The notes beneath the pieces were generated by a model. That model had not been told where the DNA came from. It saw only the letters and a program-made list of their open reading frames with translations, and made no database searches. From positions 32,001-96,000 of the forward strand of contig CAWAXX010000013.1 in assembly GCA_963786105.1 (NCBI GenBank): a stretch of DNA of 64,000 nucleotides, read 5' to 3'. The number at the start of each line of letters is the position of its first letter. Position 1 is the stretch's first letter. A program made the position numbers and the translations under genes. This stretch comes from Vulcanimicrobiota bacterium. Lineage in GTDB: Bacteria; Vulcanimicrobiota; Vulcanimicrobiia; Vulcanimicrobiales; Vulcanimicrobiaceae. Below are positions 61,260-64,000 of this stretch, one piece after another.

Positions 61260-62237
61260 ATGAGCACCCTGCGGTCGGCGTCTTACGCGGTCGGATCTTT
61301 GGCGTTCGCAGGCATTTGCGCGGTTTGCGCCATCGGAGGCTTAAAATCGGCGGCGCTCGCTGCGTCGGAACCAGGCCGTCTCTTCGTTTCAGATTCCCAG
61401 GCCAGCGTGCTTGGGGTCTTCTCGCTTCCCGACCTCGTCCTCAAGGGGACGATGACGGGCCTCAATGAGCCACGCGGCTTATGCGACGACGGCAACGGCA
61501 ACGTCTGGGTGGCCAACCACGGAACGCAGCAGATGTTCAAGTACTCGCATACCGGTGCGCTCATCGCGACGTTGAACGATGCTAACGGTTTCCCGTTTGC
61601 ATGCTCCGTCGACCGAGGCTCCCACCGCAGCCACGATCTGGCGGTAGCGAACCGTCGTAACTTTAGCGGCCCGGGCGAAACCGAAAAATATGGTCCGGGC
61701 ATGACCAAACCGGGGCCATCCTACGACTTTGCGTCGATGTCCACGGTGCTCGGCGAATCCTATGGCCCAGGCAGCCTCTACATCGACGGACAAACGAAAA
61801 CCGGAACATTCGTGCTAGCGGAGCTCCGGGCCGGGAGCAACAAGATCACCGGGATCACCGTTACCGGTGGCACCATACACCTCCCGGGGATGCTCCAATG
61901 GGACGAGGACGATCATTACCTCGCCGTCGGCGATCGACGATGCGGGAGTCCGAGGACTACCTGCGTCTACCACCTGTCGATTTCCGGGTCAACCGGAACG
62001 ATTACCGGCAAAACGAAGCTCGAAGCCTACAACGGCCACGTGATCTGCGATATGGCTCAGGGCGTGATCTACGAGTCCGGCGGCGTGACGTATCTCGCCG
62101 GAGGCGATGACGAGTCCCCCTGCGGCTACGCTGCGACCAGTGTGAACCGGTGGGCGTACCCAGCTGGTGGCGTACCCACAAATAACAACCATTCCATCCC
62201 TTTCGCCCATCCGTTCGGCACGGCGATCTCAAGATAA
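61260..62237 (+). CDS. Secreted beta-propeller-like protein, paralog of 26145..27239
   Basis: AAGGAG RBS, ATG 61260; GLCDDGNGNVWVAN, ACSVD..DLAVAN, RWAYPAGG..PFGTAIS. Confidence 0.78.
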   Translation: MSTLRSASYAVGSLAFAGICAVCAIGGLKSAALAASEPGRLFVSDSQASVLGVFSLPDLVLKGTMTGLNEPRGLCDDGNGNVWVANHGTQQMFKYSHTGALIATLNDANGFPFACSVDRGSHRSHDLAVANRRNFSGPGETEKYGPGMTKPGPSYDFASMSTVLGESYGPGSLYIDGQTKTGTFVLAELRAGSNKITGITVTGGTIHLPGMLQWDEDDHYLAVGDRRCGSPRTTCVYHLSISGSTGTITGKTKLEAYNGHVICDMAQGVIYESGGVTYLAGGDDESPCGYAATSVNRWAYPAGGVPTNNNHSIPFAHPFGTAISR

Positions 62238-62302
62238 ATCGATTCGTTAAGCGCTTATGCAGCTAAGGTTGGCGGGCAACGCGGCGCGAAGTTCCTGATA
62301 CC

Positions 62303-64000
62303 GTGGAAAACGAAGGGCGAGTAGCGACTCCTCCGGATTTCGGAACGCTCTTGCGGCGCTACCGGCTCGCCGCCGAACTCTCGCAAGAAGCGCTCGCCGA
62401 ACGCGCCCGCATGAGCACGAACGGCGTCGGTGCGCTCGAACGGGGGTATCGGCGCACGCCGCAACGCGAAACGCTCGCGCTTTTGGTGAGCGCGCTAGCG
62501 CTCAATGACGAACAACGCGTCGAGTTCGAAGCGGCCGCCGCGCCGTCGAGAGCGCTGCGCCGTGGAGACGGCGAAGCGGTCGCCGCGGGTCCTTGGTACG
62601 GTACCGGCGTCTCAAACCTGCCGCTCTGTCTGACGAGCTTCGTTGGGCGCGACGTAGAGCTCGACGAGGTCGCACGACTTGTCCGCGAGCATCGGCTCGT
62701 CACGCTCGCAGGCGCCGGAGGCATTGGAAAAACTCAGATGGCGTTGCAGGTTGGAGCCACGCTTACTGAAAGCGCCGAGATTTCCGTTAGCTTCGTCGCA
62801 CTCGCGCCCGTTGGCGATCCTGGATTAGTGGTTGCCGCGATCGCGTCGACGCTAGGCGTGCAAGAAGTGCCGAATCGGCCGCTGCTTGAGACGCTGACGA
62901 CATACCTCAGGAACAAGACGCTCCTGCTGATCCTCGACAACTGCGAGCACGTCGTTACGGAGGCAGCAATCGTCGTGGCCGCGCTATTGGTCGGCTGCCG
63001 GAGCCTTCGGATCCTCGTAACGAGCCGCGAACCGCTTCGAACCGCGGGCGAGCGCACCTACCGGTTGCCGCCTTTGAGCGTTCCGGCGCGGGAGGCGATT
63101 CGCCCGCTCAGCGCGGCGGAGGCGCTCTCATTCGGGGCGATCGTGCTTTTTAGGGATCGCGCGCGCGCCATCGACCATCGCTTCACGCTGACCGACGAGA
63201 ATGCGTCGGCCGTTGCAGAGATCTGCCGAAACTTAGACGGCATCCCGCTCGCGATTGAACTTTGCGCCGCACGAGTCAACACGTTTCCGATTCAAGTCAT
63301 TCTGAAGATGCTCGACCATCGCTTTAGCATTCTCACCGGAGGCGAACGCACCGCCCTGCCGCGTCAGCGAACGATGCGCGCGGCAATCGATTGGAGTTAC
63401 GATTTGCTCGCGGCACGCGAGCAGCGTATGTTCGACCGGCTCTCGGTGTTTGCCGGCGGATGTACGCTGGCAACCGCGAACGCCGTTTGCGCGAGCGACG
63501 ACGTTGCGGAGGCCGACGTCATAGAACTGCTCTCGTCGCTGGTGGACAAGTCGCTCTTGGTGGCCGATTTCGACGCCGGCGAGGCCCGCTATTCGCTTTT
63601 GGAGTCATTCCGGGAGTATGCACGCGAGAAGCTGGCGGCGCGGGGTGAAGCCGACGCTGTGGCACGCCGTCATGCTTTGGCGTGCCTGGAACTGGCCGAG
63701 CGACTCGAGCGCGCATGCGATACCGAACCGGACGTGATCTGGCGCGCGCTCGCTCAGGACGAGCTGGACAACTGGCGGGCGGCACTGCAATGGGCAGTCA
63801 CGGATCGGAACGATGTCGTCTCGGGGCAAGCACTCGTCGGGGCTCTGCACGTTGTTTGGGCATACTTCGCACCGCAGGAGGGTCAACGCTACGTTGCCTC
63901 GGCGTTCGAGCTGGCCGACGAAAAAACGCCAACACACGTGCTCGCGAGACTCGGGTACGCGGATGGGATCATCGCAATGCAGCATCGCGCGTACAAAGTA
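62303..64000 (+). CDS. XRE-HTH plus STAND (NB-ARC-like) ATPase regulator, truncated by the window end
   Basis: Absent from the ORF track because it has no stop in the window; FGTLLRRYRLAAELSQEALAERA, SFVGR, GAGGIGKT, LILDNCEH, GIPLAIEL. Confidence 0.9.
   Translation, partial: MENEGRVATPPDFGTLLRRYRLAAELSQEALAERARMSTNGVGALERGYRRTPQRETLALLVSALALNDEQRVEFEAAAAPSRALRRGDGEAVAAGPWYGTGVSNLPLCLTSFVGRDVELDEVARLVREHRLVTLAGAGGIGKTQMALQVGATLTESAEISVSFVALAPVGDPGLVVAAIASTLGVQEVPNRPLLETLTTYLRNKTLLLILDNCEHVVTEAAIVVAALLVGCRSLRILVTSREPLRTAGERTYRLPPLSVPAREAIRPLSAAEALSFGAIVLFRDRARAIDHRFTLTDENASAVAEICRNLDGIPLAIELCAARVNTFPIQVILKMLDHRFSILTGGERTALPRQRTMRAAIDWSYDLLAAREQRMFDRLSVFAGGCTLATANAVCASDDVAEADVIELLSSLVDKSLLVADFDAGEARYSLLESFREYAREKLAARGEADAVARRHALACLELAERLERACDTEPDVIWRALAQDELDNWRAALQWAVTDRNDVVSGQALVGALHVVWAYFAPQEGQRYVASAFELADEKTPTHVLARLGYADGIIAMQHRAYKV

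Noticed and set aside
59198..64000. att-flanked island or prophage at tRNA-Asn
   Set aside because: No duplicated tRNA 3' end, integrase or phage genes seen inside the window; a boundary could lie beyond it

Overview
GC-rich bacterial chromosomal segment, mostly housekeeping genes plus accessory patches next to tRNAs. It has diderm markers (porin fragment, three TonB-dependent receptors, hldD) and Terrabacteria-type genes (hrcA with CIRCE, ymdB-spoVS, divIC-S1-ppx). With the secreted beta-propeller family, this suggests Eremiobacterota/Vulcanimicrobiota (inference, no search run). Gene order: tdh-kbl, Zn-metalloprotease, mgtC/marC/yciI, tRNA-fMet, add-dtxR-rhomboid-dinG, acs, CIRCE-hrcA-dnaJ-rsmE-GT2-accD-accA-divIC-S1-ppx, tRNA-Leu(TAA) with a 1.4-kb att-flanked mini-island, secreted proteins, M61 peptidase, etfBA, TPR, HDAC, a large TBDR, an ECF sigma/ZAS anti-sigma/RseB-like module, a SCO/MauE/thioredoxin cluster, two convergent TBDRs, ymdB-spoVS-PHP (frameshifted)-dacB, ahcY-metK, tRNA-Asn and an XRE-STAND regulator. 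Best candidate for a new system: a 183-aa His-bearing membrane uORF (50157..49606, minus strand) ending in RPPP. Its Pro codons are 12/13 complementary to the ribosome-binding site of the downstream TBDR, which suggests a ribosome-stalling, probably metal-sensing translational switch. The partner TBDR is preceded by a palindromic operator-like site. All product calls come from motif recognition by eye.
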